Source: Zygnema circumcarinatum SAG 698-1b (lineage: Eukaryota; Plantae; Zygnematophyceae). From it: a stretch of DNA of 64,000 bases. The notes beneath the pieces were generated by a model. That model was not told the origin of the DNA. It made no database searches and worked only from the letters and a program-made list of their open reading frames with translations. How positions within the stretch are numbered: the first letter of the stretch is position 1; each line of letters starts with the position of its first letter. Location: contig CM074810.1 in NCBI GenBank assembly GCA_037447605.1, positions 1,522,880 through 1,586,879 of the forward strand, read 5' to 3'. Both the position numbers and the translations under genes were made by a program. Shown here piece by piece: positions 36,101 to 48,100 of the stretch.

Positions 36101-39100
36101 TCCCCATTCTTCTCCCCCTCCTCTATTCCCTCCCTCACTACCTCCCCCTTCTCTCGTTCTCTCCCTCCTCTCCTCACGACCAGGTGCCCTATTTTCACCC
36201 CCAATATCACCTTTCTCTCCCACAACTTCCATCCCAAACCCACTTTCCGAAATCTCTCTTGTTTCTAGAGCTTTTGTATTGTCTTCATTCGCTTGAATAT
36301 TGTCGATATATTCACATTCTCTAGCCACTTTTGAAGGGTTTATTGAGGTTTCAAGCTCGGGCGGAACTTTGACTCCGAGGGCTCTAAGGGCTGTGAAAGC
36401 GGCAACGCGAGCTTCTTCTGCCTTTTCTAAAACCAATTTTCTTGCCCCTGAACCGAAAGTTTTGAAGAAAAGTACATCATGATGTCAATAGACTATTGGG
36501 GAATAATATTGTGTACAACAATGTATGGCCTAGATATGAAAAAGCCATTATTTCTTTGGGCAACTGCAATGCGAAAATCCACACTTCAAAATCCTCCAAT
36601 CCCAGCAAAATTTGAGATGGGAAGACGTGGAAAAAACAAACGAAAGAAGGGGCAAAAAGGGAAATAAAAGGAAGGGGAGAGGAGTGCATAAATACCGTTT
36701 CTGATTTTCCCCGCAAGCATGAGGTTGATACGAGGTCGACCTCGGCTCTCAGCAGCAGCTGTCCCTCCCCCACAAGCAGACAAAATTAACGAAAAACTTC
36801 ACACATGACTCGCCCTAAATGTTGTGCCAAATCGAAGTCGCAGACTTTCTCAGATATTGTCTGCTAGAGAGATCAGTAGAAGGGGGGGGGGGTGGGAGGG
36901 CAGGGAGGGGGAAAGGGAGGGGAGGAGAGGGGGTAAAAGGGGAGGGGGAGGGGGAGGGGGACGGAGAGAGAGAGAGAGGGAGAGGGAGGGGAGGAGGGGG
37001 AAGGGGGAGGGAGGGAGGGGGGAGGGAGGGAGGGAGGGAGGGAGAGGGAAAGGGAGAGAGAGAGAGGGAGAGGGAGGGAGGAGGGGGAAGGGGAGGGAGG
37101 GAGTGGGAAAGGAAGAGAGGGAGAGGGTTTGGGAGAGGGAGGGGGGAAGGGGGAGGGGGAAGGGGAGGGAGGGAGAGGGAAAGGGAGAGAGAGAGAGGGA
37201 GAGGGAGAGGGAGAGGGAGAGGGAGAGGGAGGTAGGAGGTCCTTGCTGACCTTGTTGCCCCCAGCTGGCAGTCTCCAGCGCCTTTGCCAGCTCTGCCGGC
37301 GAGGCCTCTGCCACCGCCTGCGGTGTTCGCAGTCCCGCCTTGTAAAGGGCTCGGGCACGGGCAGCCTGCAAGTGGAACAGGGAGAGAATTCAGGACTTTG
37401 GGGGGTGGAGGTTTGGAGAGTTCTACGACTCTCTTGCATAGCCTACAATTATTAAGGTTTCAACCAACACACAGCAGAACAACATCCTCCGAATCATATA
37501 CTCCCCGTCTCTAAAACGCAGCCTCGCCTGCCCCCAAATGCCTCACTTTCCATAAATTTAAATCCAAATAACAAATACGCATACACACACATACACACAC
37601 ACGCACCCACTAAACAATACCCACTAAAAAAAAGATACATAAATAAATAAATATATATATACAAATGAAACCCACCTTGACGAGAGGTATCTCTGTGAGC
37701 TCGACGATCTCACTCCGCACGCCGAAGGAGACGCGGCTCTGAAACTTAGCGAGCAGCGCCTCCATGTCCTGCCACCCGAGGCGGTTGCAGAAGGAGGCCG
37801 CCATGGAGGCGAACCGCCCCGCGCTCTCCTGCAGACCCTGCACCGCCCCGCGGGCCACGCGGAAGGCCTCGCATACTTCGCCCAAGGGAGTCTCCTGCAG
37901 NNNNNNNNNNAGGGAGGGAGGGAGGGAGGGACAGGGCTTCAGGGTCAGATAGCTCTTAGGGTTGAGGGTTTCAGAGTCAGATGGTTTGGATTGAACGTCT
38001 TAGGGTTGAACTAATTTGACTTTGGTTGGTCAATCGACTTCGCTTCACTGCAAATTTCATTTCTTTTGAAGTGTGGACAATTGCAGGGACTCCAGTGGGA
38101 CATTTAGGGTTGTCAGTAATTTGAAGTTAAGAATCTAGGCGTGCTCTCTCACACCCCCCTCTCGTCCTCTTTCATACTTCCCGCTCTCTCTCCCTCTCCC
38201 ACTTCCCACACCTTCCCGCTCTCCCTTACCTGCACGACTCGAGCGAGGATAAGTGCAACATAGAACCGTCGGGAGACCTTAAGGCTCTCCTCAAATGAGG
38301 GTTTCGGCCTGCCCTTTGATTCCCTGCTTCCCCCAACAACAGCGTTTCCATGTGCTCCCGTTTTACGGGAACGGAACTGCAGGGCAGCGCCTCCATGCGC
38401 CATTTTCATCAGAAAAGGTTCAGTCACGCCGACTCTCTCCCCCACAGTCTGCCAACACAAGAGTCGGGAAGGAGTTAGAGTGGGAGAGGAAAAGGGAAAG
38501 GGAAGGGGGAGCGGGAGGGAGGGAGACGGGGAGAGCGAAGAGAAGGGGGAAGTAGGGGAAAACGTGGAAAGAGGAGAGGAAGAAAGGAAAGCGCGAGAGA
38601 AGCGAGGGGAGGGAGTGGAAGGAAGCGGAGTGAAAGAGGAGGGGAGAAACAGTTAGGGAGAGAGTGAGTGTGAAAGGAGGGAAGAAAGAGATAGAGAAAG
38701 GGCGGGAGAGAGAGTGGCGGAACGAGAAGGAGGAGAGAGGGGGGGAGACAAAGTGGAAGGAAGAGGAGGGTAGGGGAGAGAGAGTAGGAGATAGTGAGGG
38801 ATTGAAGGCCAAAGCATATACCTGTTCCAGTGGAGAAAGCTCCACAAAAATTCGATAGTAAACGCTCCAATCAGGTTGCAGGTCAATGTAAACCGGCGTT
38901 ACCTGCAGCCCTCCTCCACTTCCAAAGCTGTTTCAGGGTTCAAATTTTAGGGTTCTAAATAATGGTTCAGAGTTCTCCAGGATTTGCGGCCGCTAAGAGT
39001 TACAAGCAAATTCAGAATTCATCGTTAGGGTTTCGGATTTCTGTAGTTTCAGAATCTTTGGTACTTGTTGTATCAAGGTTTTGGAGATTTTCAATGCTTC

Positions 39101-42100
39101 AGGCTTTCAGGGTAACTCATTTTTATTGTTACCAACGTTGATTCGCACACATATAAAAAGTGCAAGAAATGACAACTCTCACTGACATCCACCAATTAAT
39201 AGAGTAAGACTCCACACATGTTACACTTTTGCAAACACTCAACAAAACATAACATAAGAATTCCCTCCCCTCCTCATTCCCAGAAGTGTGTAAAAGTCTC
39301 CCCACCTGATAAGGTCCTTATAAGTGCTACAAAGTGTCAAAGACTTTTAGAAGAGTATTGAAAGAGTGTTGGTTCAGAAGGGTTTAGAGTTTTTTCGTTA
39401 TTGGGTATTCTCCCATTTTTCGTTATTGGGTATTCTCCCATTTTTCGTTATTGGGTATTCTCATTTTTTCGTTATTGGGTATTCTCCCATTTTTCGTTAT
39501 TGGGTATTCTCCCATTTTTCGTTATTGAGTATTCTCCCACCTGGTAGAGCAGGTGCAGGTCAGAGGCGAGCACAAAGCCCTCCCTTGCAGCGGCTAAGTC
39601 CTCAAAAACTGTGAGAGCTTCCTCGGGACTGAGAGAGCTTCCAAAAGCTGCTCTCCCTAAGGGAGTGCTCCCATACATCTGAGTGGTTTCATCCCACTCC
39701 AAAAAACGCTGCATGCAGAGCCACCTCAAGGCTTCTATGGCGGACTTCACCACCTGGACATTGTTAAGAAAAAAAAAAACAAAAATTTTAGGGTTTGTAA
39801 TATGGAGAGCTTGATGGAAATGGGAAGCAGGTTAGGACTTTCAAGAAGTAGAGTCCGCAAGTGCTCCTCGATCTCTCAGCTCAGCAGCAAATGCAACTCT
39901 GAGTCTCAAAAGTAGATGTTTACAAACGAACTGCCACAACAAACGATAAAAACAAAGTAAAGAAACGGACTACAAAAAGACAAATGCTCAATGCTGCATA
40001 CTCTACCACCACTCAATACAAGGCTTTAAAGGGATGCATCAAATTTGTTACACAACATTATCGCCGCAACACCTGCGAACACACACCACACAAACTTGCC
40101 CACATAGATACACACACATCACACACGTTGCACATACATCACATACACATGCCACACAAGTACTATATTAAGTTACACTCTCAACATCTTCAAGTGTTAA
40201 ACCCGTTGGGGTTCATCAAGTAGGCGCACCTCCTTGAAGGGGTTAGTGGCACACAGCAGCGTGCAGCGCACGTAGCGCTGAATATCCGCGGGCGTCTGCG
40301 CGGCCCCCCCCGCCACCGCCTCGAGGAGGGCGCGCCGGCAACCGTTGGCGCCCTCCGCGAGACACGACCGGAGGGGCTGCGACCCCGCCGCCATCACGCC
40401 CTGCACTGCCTTCACATCGCCCGGCTTGCACAACATGATCTGCAGGGGAGGGAGGGAGGGGAGGGTAAGGAGGGAGGGGGAGGGTGAGGGAGGGAGGGAG
40501 GGAGGGGGAGGGAGGGAGGGAGAGGGAGGGAGGGAGGGAGGGGGAGGGAGGGAGAGGAGGGAGGGAGGGAGGAGGGAGGGAGGAGGGAGGGAGGGGAGGG
40601 AGGGAGGGAGGGAGGAGGGAGGAGGGAGGAGGAGGGAGGGAGGGAGGGAGGGAGGGAGGAGAGGGAGAGGGAGGGAGGGAGGGAGGAGGAGGGAGGGAGG
40701 GAGGGAGGGAGGAGGGAGGGAGGGAGGAGGAGGGAGGAGGAGAGGGAGGGAGGGAGGAGGGAGGGAGGGAGGGAGGAGGAGGGAGGAGGGAGGGAGGGAG
40801 GGAGGGAGGGAGGGGAGGGAGGGAGGGAGGGAGGGAGGGAGGAGGGAGGGAGGAGGGAGGGAGGGAGAGAGGAGGAGGGAGGGAGGGGAGGGAGGGGAGG
40901 GAGGGAGGGGAGGGAGGGAGGGGAGGGAGGGGAGGGAGGGAGGAGGGAGGGAGGGAGGGAGGGAGGGAGGGGAGGGAGGGGAGGGAGGGAGGGAGGGGGA
41001 AGGAGGGAGAGGAGGGAGGAGGAGGGAGGGAGGGAGGGAAGGAGGGAGGGAGGGAGGGAGGGAGGGAGGGGTGAAAGGAGGGAGTGAGGGAGGGAGGAGG
41101 GTGAGGGAGGGAGTGAGGGAGGGGGAGGGAGGGTGAGGGAGGGAGGGAGGGAGGGGGGAGGGAGGGTGAGGAGGGAGGGAGGGAGGGGAGGGAGGGAGGG
41201 AGGGGAGACAGGGAGGGAGGAGGAAGGAGAGAGGAGGGAGGGAGGGAGGAGGGAGGGAGGGAGGGGTGAGGGAGGGAGTGAGGGAGGGGGAGGGAGGGTG
41301 AGGAAGGCAGGAGGGAGGGGGAGGCAGGGAGGGAGGGAGGGGAGGGAGGGAGGAGGGAGGGAGGGAGGGAGGGAGGGGGGAGGGAGGGAGGGAGGGAGGG
41401 AGGGAGGGAGGAGGAGAGGAGGGAGGGAGGAGGGAGGGAGGGAGGGAGGGAGGGAGGGAGGGAGGGAGGGAGGGAGGGAGGGAGGGAGGGAGGGAGGGAG
41501 GGAGGGAGGGAGGGGGGGGGAGGGGGGAGGGAGGGAGGGAGGGGAGGGAGGGAGGGAGGGAGGAGGGAGGGAGGGAGGGAGGGAGGGAGGGAGGAGGGAG
41601 GGAGGGAGGAGGAGGGAGGGAGGGAGGGAGGAGGGAGGGAGGGAGGGAGGGAGGGAGGGAGGGAGGGAGGAGGAGGAGGGAGGGAGGGAGGAAGGGGAGG
41701 GAGGGGGAGGGAGGGAGGGAGGGAGGGAGGGAGGGAAGGGAGGGAGAGAGGGAGGAGGAGGGAGGAGGGAGGGAGGGAGAGGAGGGAGGAGGGAGGAGGG
41801 AGGGAGGGGAGGGAGGGAGGGAGGGAGGGAGGGAAGGAGGGGTGAGGGAGGGAGTGAGGGAGGGGGAGGGAGGGTGAGGGAGGGAGTGAGGGAGGGGGAG
41901 GGAGGAGGAGGAGGAGGAGGAGGGAGGGAGGGGTGAGGGAGGAGTGAAGGGAGGGGAGGAGGTGAGGAGGGAGGGAGGAGGGGAGAGGGAGGGGAGGGAG
42001 GAGGGAGGGAGGGGAGGGAGGAGAGGAGGGAGGGAGGGAGGGAGGGAGGGAGGGAGGGAGGGAGGGAGGGAGGAGGGAGGGAGGGGTGAGGAGGGAGTGA

Positions 42101-45100
42101 GGGAGGGGGAGGGAGGGTGAGGGAGGGAGTGAGGGAGGGGGAGGGAGGGTGAGGGAGGGAGGGAGGGAGGGGGAGGGAGGGTGGAGGGAGGGAGGGGAGG
42201 GAGGGAGGGAGGGAGAGGGAGGGGAGACAGGGAGGGAGGGAGGAGGGAGGGAGGGAGGGAGGAGGGAGGGGTGGAGGGAGGGAGTGAGGGAGGGAGTGAG
42301 GAGGGGGAAGGAGGGTGAGGAGGGCAGGGAGGGAGGGGGAGGGAGGGTGAGGGAGGGAGGGGAGAGAGGGAGGGAGGGAGGGAGGGAGGGAGGGAGGAGG
42401 GAGGGAGGGAGGGAGGGAGGGAGGGAGGGAGGAGGGAGGGAGGAGGGAGGGAGGGAGGGAGGGAGGGAGGGAGGAGGAGGAGGGAGGAGGAGGAGGAGGA
42501 GGAGGAGGGAGGGAGGGAGGAGGAGGGAGGGAGGAGGAGGAGGAGGAGGGAGGGAGGGAGGGAGGAGGAGGAGGGAGGGAGGGGAGGGAGGGAGGGAGGA
42601 GGGAGGGAGGGAGGGAGGGAGGAGGAGGGAGGAGGGAGGGAGGAGGAGGGAGGAGGGAGGGAGGGGGGAGGGGGGGAGGAGGGAGGGAGGGAGGGAGGGA
42701 GGGAGGGAGGGAGGGAGGGAGGGAGGGAGGGAGGGAGGGAGGGAGGGAGGGAGGGAGGAGGGAGGGAGGGGAGGGAGGGAGGGAGGGAGGGAGGGAGGGA
42801 GGGAGGGAGGGAGGGAGGGAGGGAGGGGAGGGAGGGAGGGAGGGGAGGGAGGGAGGGAGGGAGGGAGGGAGGGAGGGGAGGGAGGGAGGGAGGGAGGGAG
42901 GAGGGAGGGAGAGGGAGGGAGGAGGGAGGGAGGGAGGGAGGGGAGGGAGGGAGGGAGGGAGGGAGTTGGGAGGAGGGAGGGAGGGAGGGAGGGAGGGAGG
43001 AGAGGGAGGGAGGGAGGGAGGGAGGGAGGGAGGAGGGAGGGAGGAGGGAGGGAGGGAGGGAGGAGGGAGGTGGGAGGGAGGGTGGGAGGGAGGGAGGGAG
43101 GGAGGGAGAGAGGGAGGGAGGGAGGAGGGAGGGAGGAGGAGGGAGGGAGGGAGGGAGGGAGGGAGGGAGGGAGGGAGGGACGGAGGGAAGGACGGAGGAG
43201 GGAGGAGGAGGGACGGAGGATGAAGGGAGGGAGGAGGAGGGAGGGAGGGAGGGAGGGAGGGAGGAGGGAGGGAGGAGGGAGGGAGGAAGGAGGGAGGGAG
43301 GGAGGGAGGGAGGGAGGAGGGAGGGAGGGAGGGAGGGAGGGAGGGAGGGAGGGAGGGAGGGAGGAGGGAGGGAGGAGGGAGGGAGGGAGGGAGGAGGGAG
43401 GGAGGGAGGGAGGGAGGGAGGGAGGGAGGAGGAGGGAGGGAGGAGGAGGGAGGGAGGGAGGAGGGAGGGAGGGAGGAGGAGGAGGAGGGAGGGAGGGAGG
43501 GAGGGAGGGAGGAGGGAGAGGAGGGAAGGAGGGAGGGAGGGAGGGAGGGAGGGAGGAGGGAGGGAGGAGGAAGGAGGAGGAGGGAGGGAGGGAGGAGGGA
43601 GGGAGGAGGGAGGGAGGGAGGGAGGGAGGGAGGGAGGGAGGAGGAGGGAGGGAGGGAGGGAGGAGGAGGAGGGAGGGAGGGAGGGAGGAGGAGGGAGGGA
43701 GGGAGGGAGGGAGGGAGGGAGGGAGGGAGGGAGGGAGGGAGGGAGGAGGGAGGAGGAGGGAGGAGGGAGGGAGGGAGGGAGGGAGGAGGGAGGGAGGGAG
43801 GGAGGGAGGGAGGGAGGGAGGGAGGGAGGAAGGGAGGAGGGAGGGAGGGAGGGAGGGAGGGAGGAGGGAGGGAGGGAGGGAGGGAGGGAGGAGGGAGGGA
43901 GGGAGGAGGGAGGAGGAGGGAAGGGAGGGAGGAGGAGGAGGAGAGAGGGAGGGAGGGAGGGAGGGAGGGAGGGAGGGAGGGAGGAGGAGGGAGGGAGGGA
44001 GGAGGGAGGGAGGAGGAGGGAGGGAGGAGGGAGGGAGGGAGGGAGGGAGGGAGGGAGGGAGGGAGGAGGGAGGAGGAGGGAGGGAGGGAGGAGGGAGGGA
44101 GGAGGGAGGGAGGAGGGAGGGAGGGAGGAGGGAGGGAGGAGGGAGGAGGGAGTTGGAGGGAGGGAGGGAGGGAGGAGGGAGGGAGGGAGGGAGGGAGGGA
44201 GGGAGGGAGGGAGGGAGGGAGGGAGGAGGAGGAGGAGGAGGGAGGGAGGGGAGGAGGGAAGGAGGAAGGAAAGGAGGGAGGGAGGGAGGAAGGGAGGGAG
44301 GGTTTTTTTAGCTGCTTTTCAGAGACTTGGGACTATAGGGCTTGCAGATTCAACTAGTTCAGGATTCTGGGAGTCTTAGGGTTGAGGAGGAGACTCACAC
44401 TCTCTCCCTTAGCATCGATTCCCGCTCTCCCTGCCCTCCCTGCCATTTGTCGGTATCGGGTTGCATCGATAAAGTCTCTCCCTACTCGAGGACCCCTGAA
44501 AATGACTCTCCTTGCTGGAAGGTTCACTCCCGCAGCGAGAGTGGAGGTAGCAGTCAGCACTCTCACCACTCCTCCTCGGAAGCATGTCTCTACCACCTCC
44601 CTCTCCTCTACCTGCATGGAGGAAAGCGAGGGGAATAGAAGCGAGAGCGAGAGGAGAGAAGAGGAGAGAAAGGGAGAGGGGAAGGGAGAGCGAGAGAGAG
44701 GGGAAAAGTGGGGGAAGAGTTAAGGGGAGAGAGAGAAAGCGGGGGGTCGATTTAACTGCCTGTTCCTTAGACCATTTGGAGGTAAGCATTATCTAGAGAT
44801 AGACGTTTGATCCTGAGAAAGGCAATAGGACGGAAAAATCTAATCAGATATCATAACCTCCTCGCTCGCAAGCTTCCATGCATTGTTACAAAGTTCACAA
44901 AGGAAAAAAAAATATACATATATATAGAAAAAATCGCACCGTCAGCCCTGCATGATGGTAGGCCACTCCCGCAGGCAGAGTGAGAGCGAGAGTAGCGTCC
45001 AATTCTCCCGGCAGCTTCTTCAGCTCCTCTACCGCTCCCTCTACATCCTTGAAACCTTCTCCATTCGATGTATCTCCTCTCTCCACTCTCGTGAAGGGAG

Positions 45101-48100
45101 GTAGGAATCGCGATACATGCTTTGCTACAGTCTCACACGCTGCTCGAGAAGGGCAGAAAACTAGCACAGAGTGGCCTTCACTTACCACCTGCATACATAC
45201 AAAATTTCCGCAAATGTTCGCGTTGTTGTGTAGATATTTGGGAACTCATACTGAAAAGTACTTGTGAATTAGACTCAGAGATTTTATGAATAAGGTCAAT
45301 CGAGGAAGGGATGGACGCTGGTAAGGTCTCAGCCTCGCTCATACATGAACTAAAGAATGTGAATATTGTGCATAACTTTCTCAAGCAAGGGACTGTTTAC
45401 CAAAGGAAGGATTGCATGAACATGCAAACTACGCTTCCGTACTCACCCTCTCCTTCACCATCCCTTCCCACTCATTCGCCTTCTCATTCCCTCCCATTGG
45501 GCTCCCACAGCTAAACCTAAACCTTCCATCTCCACATCCTTTACCAGCTTCTCCACAGAGCATGATACTTTTACAAAAACATAAACAGCCGATCTCTATT
45601 GTTGTGTGAGCCCCACATATACAGGACCCACTACCAAAACCCTAAAAACCTCAAAACGCCCAAAAGCCTCGAACTCTGAACCCCACGTTCTTACTCTGCA
45701 TTTCCTGTCTTTTTTGTCTTTTTGTTTCTTGTCTGTTGTGTGACTCACCTCCCTGCAGAGCTCCACTATATGGTCAGGGTCCCTTCCTTCCAAGTCAGTG
45801 TTTGGCCTCATAGTGCGAACAATCTGAAGGTCGGAATCGTATATATTGGGCCCCACTTTGATGAACTCCTCTAAGGGCACAGGGCGGTAGGTGGTAGTGT
45901 AGAGAGCGGCCTGCAGGTGGAGTTAACCCTAAATTTTCCGTTATGGGCACACCAAAACACAGCCCTAGAGACTCTCATTCAAAACCAGCCTACAACTCTA
46001 GAAACCGGAAAATTAGAATGGGAGCAACCATCCGTCGCGAACCCTAAAACCTGAAAAAGTCATAGAAACCCTACAAAACTGAAGAGCTAAAAAACTTACA
46101 TGTAGCCAGTGAGCCACTGCGGCGGCATTTGGCATTGTAGCACTCATTCCCACAATTTGCAGTCCTTCTCCTGCCTCACTTTTTCCGCTGCTTTGACCCG
46201 CAGTCCCGCCAGATGTCGCCGCGGAATTGGTCAGTTCTCTGCTTCTGGAAGGTGATTGGTTCGTTTTCAAGAGGATGTCATCTCCGGCTCCGGTTGCATA
46301 CCGCAGCTTTGTGAGGAGGAGTTCCAACAGATAGCCTCGGTCCTTATCTCCAACCTGACATCCGCAACATCACTCATAACATCACTCACAACATCACTCA
46401 TAACATCACTCACAACATAACTCACAACACTCATGACATCACTCACAACATCACTCATAACATCACTCACAACATCACTCATAACATCACTCACAACATC
46501 ACTCACAACATCACTCATAACATCACTCACAACATCACTCACAGCAACATTTCAGCGACTTACCTTCCTCCAGTTTCATTTGTTTGCTTGTTCCAATAGT
46601 TCCGTTCAAGTATTCAGATCTCCGGACTTTTGTCAGAAAGAGTAACCAGAGGAAGGAGAAGGAAACCACTCACCATATGCAGCTCATCGATGACTATGAT
46701 GCCTATCTCCCCCAGCTTCCCCTCTTCAAGAAGTCGATTTACTAGGGCATTTGCCTTCTCTATTGTGCAAACTGCTAAAGCCGAGTCTGCAGGAAGAGGG
46801 CCCCCCCCTTGAACTCCAAAATAATTCCGAACTCTCTTTCCAAGCGGCTCCAAAAGCCGTTCCATGTGCTCCGCCTGCAGTTGCAGACAACGGAACTTTT
46901 AAGAAATTACCATCTCTCGAGACCTTCACAAATTTTCAAATTGAAAACAACCTCCGTTCTCCTTTCTTCTTTTTTTTAAAGCTGAAGTGAGGGCTTTGAT
47001 TTCAGGCTTTTGGGTGATGATGACTTTACGGTTGTGAAAGGGTTTTTTTTACTTCAGGGTAAATTCATACCTTCTCTGCGCAAAGGGCTACATAGGGCAT
47101 CACTAAAAGAGCCTTTTTCCCCGTTCTCATAAGTCGTCGCAAAAGCAAAATTTCCGCAACCAAACTTTTTCCAGCACTGACCTCATCTCCCTCCCACACC
47201 CCAAAATGCAAAGTATTGACTTGAATTCATGCTTTTTAAGGTACTTTAGAGCTTCTAGAATTCAACAGTTCCAATTTTTTTACCTCTCTCTCACACTACG
47301 TGCACAGAACTGTGCTACTTAAGTTGTATGAGACATCTTGAGTGAACCAATCTTCTGAAATATGCCCTCAACTTCAATCATTACTACATAAAGTCACATA
47401 CCGAGAGTCCCTAGTCCTTAGGGTTTTTTTTTTTGAATCAATTTTTTACCTAGTGGATGCACAGTACACCAAATTTCGTCCTTCCAGCGCTCCCTCTGTC
47501 TGCAAGCATTCCACCTGCACAATAGCATATACACCAAAAAAAATATGAAATTCTCCACCCTAAACAAAAACACAAAAACATTGAACTTTAAACTATGACG
47601 AGCGTGGAAACTCCAGAAAGCCAAAGTTTTCATCAGTCATGAAGCAGCCGGAGGTAGATTTCCGATAAGAAAGCCAATATTAGAAATAGCCCTTCCAATA
47701 CGGTTACGGTTACATCTCTCAATTTTGGGGGAAAAAAAAGGGGGAGAAGGAGACAAGGAAGCGTTCAGACTACCCACTTACTTGCCAAGGGTACATTTTC
47801 CTCACTCCCTTCTTGTAATAAACCGAGCAGAGTGCTGGTGGTAGCCACTCTCCCAAACTCCCCTCTCCCTCTCTACTACTCTTCTTATAAGGAGGCAGCG
47901 CTGAACCTTGTCCTGAAGAAAGCTTTTGTGTTTCTTTTCTATCCGCAAAAACGTCGCTCTCAGTTCTGATATCTTTAATCGATCTACCTGAATTCATCCC
48001 CGTCAATAGATCTCCTATGCTTTCTCTATTCCTAACCGGAGTAACGGAAACGTCTCCTTTTTCGATTCCTCCTTCCCCTTTACTTTGACGTCTCTCATCT

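Noticed and set aside
40345-44311. Long Gly/Arg/Glu ORFs (up to 720 aa) on the + strand
   Set aside because: By-product of a stop-free purine repeat, antisense within a POLQ intron; no coding evidence.
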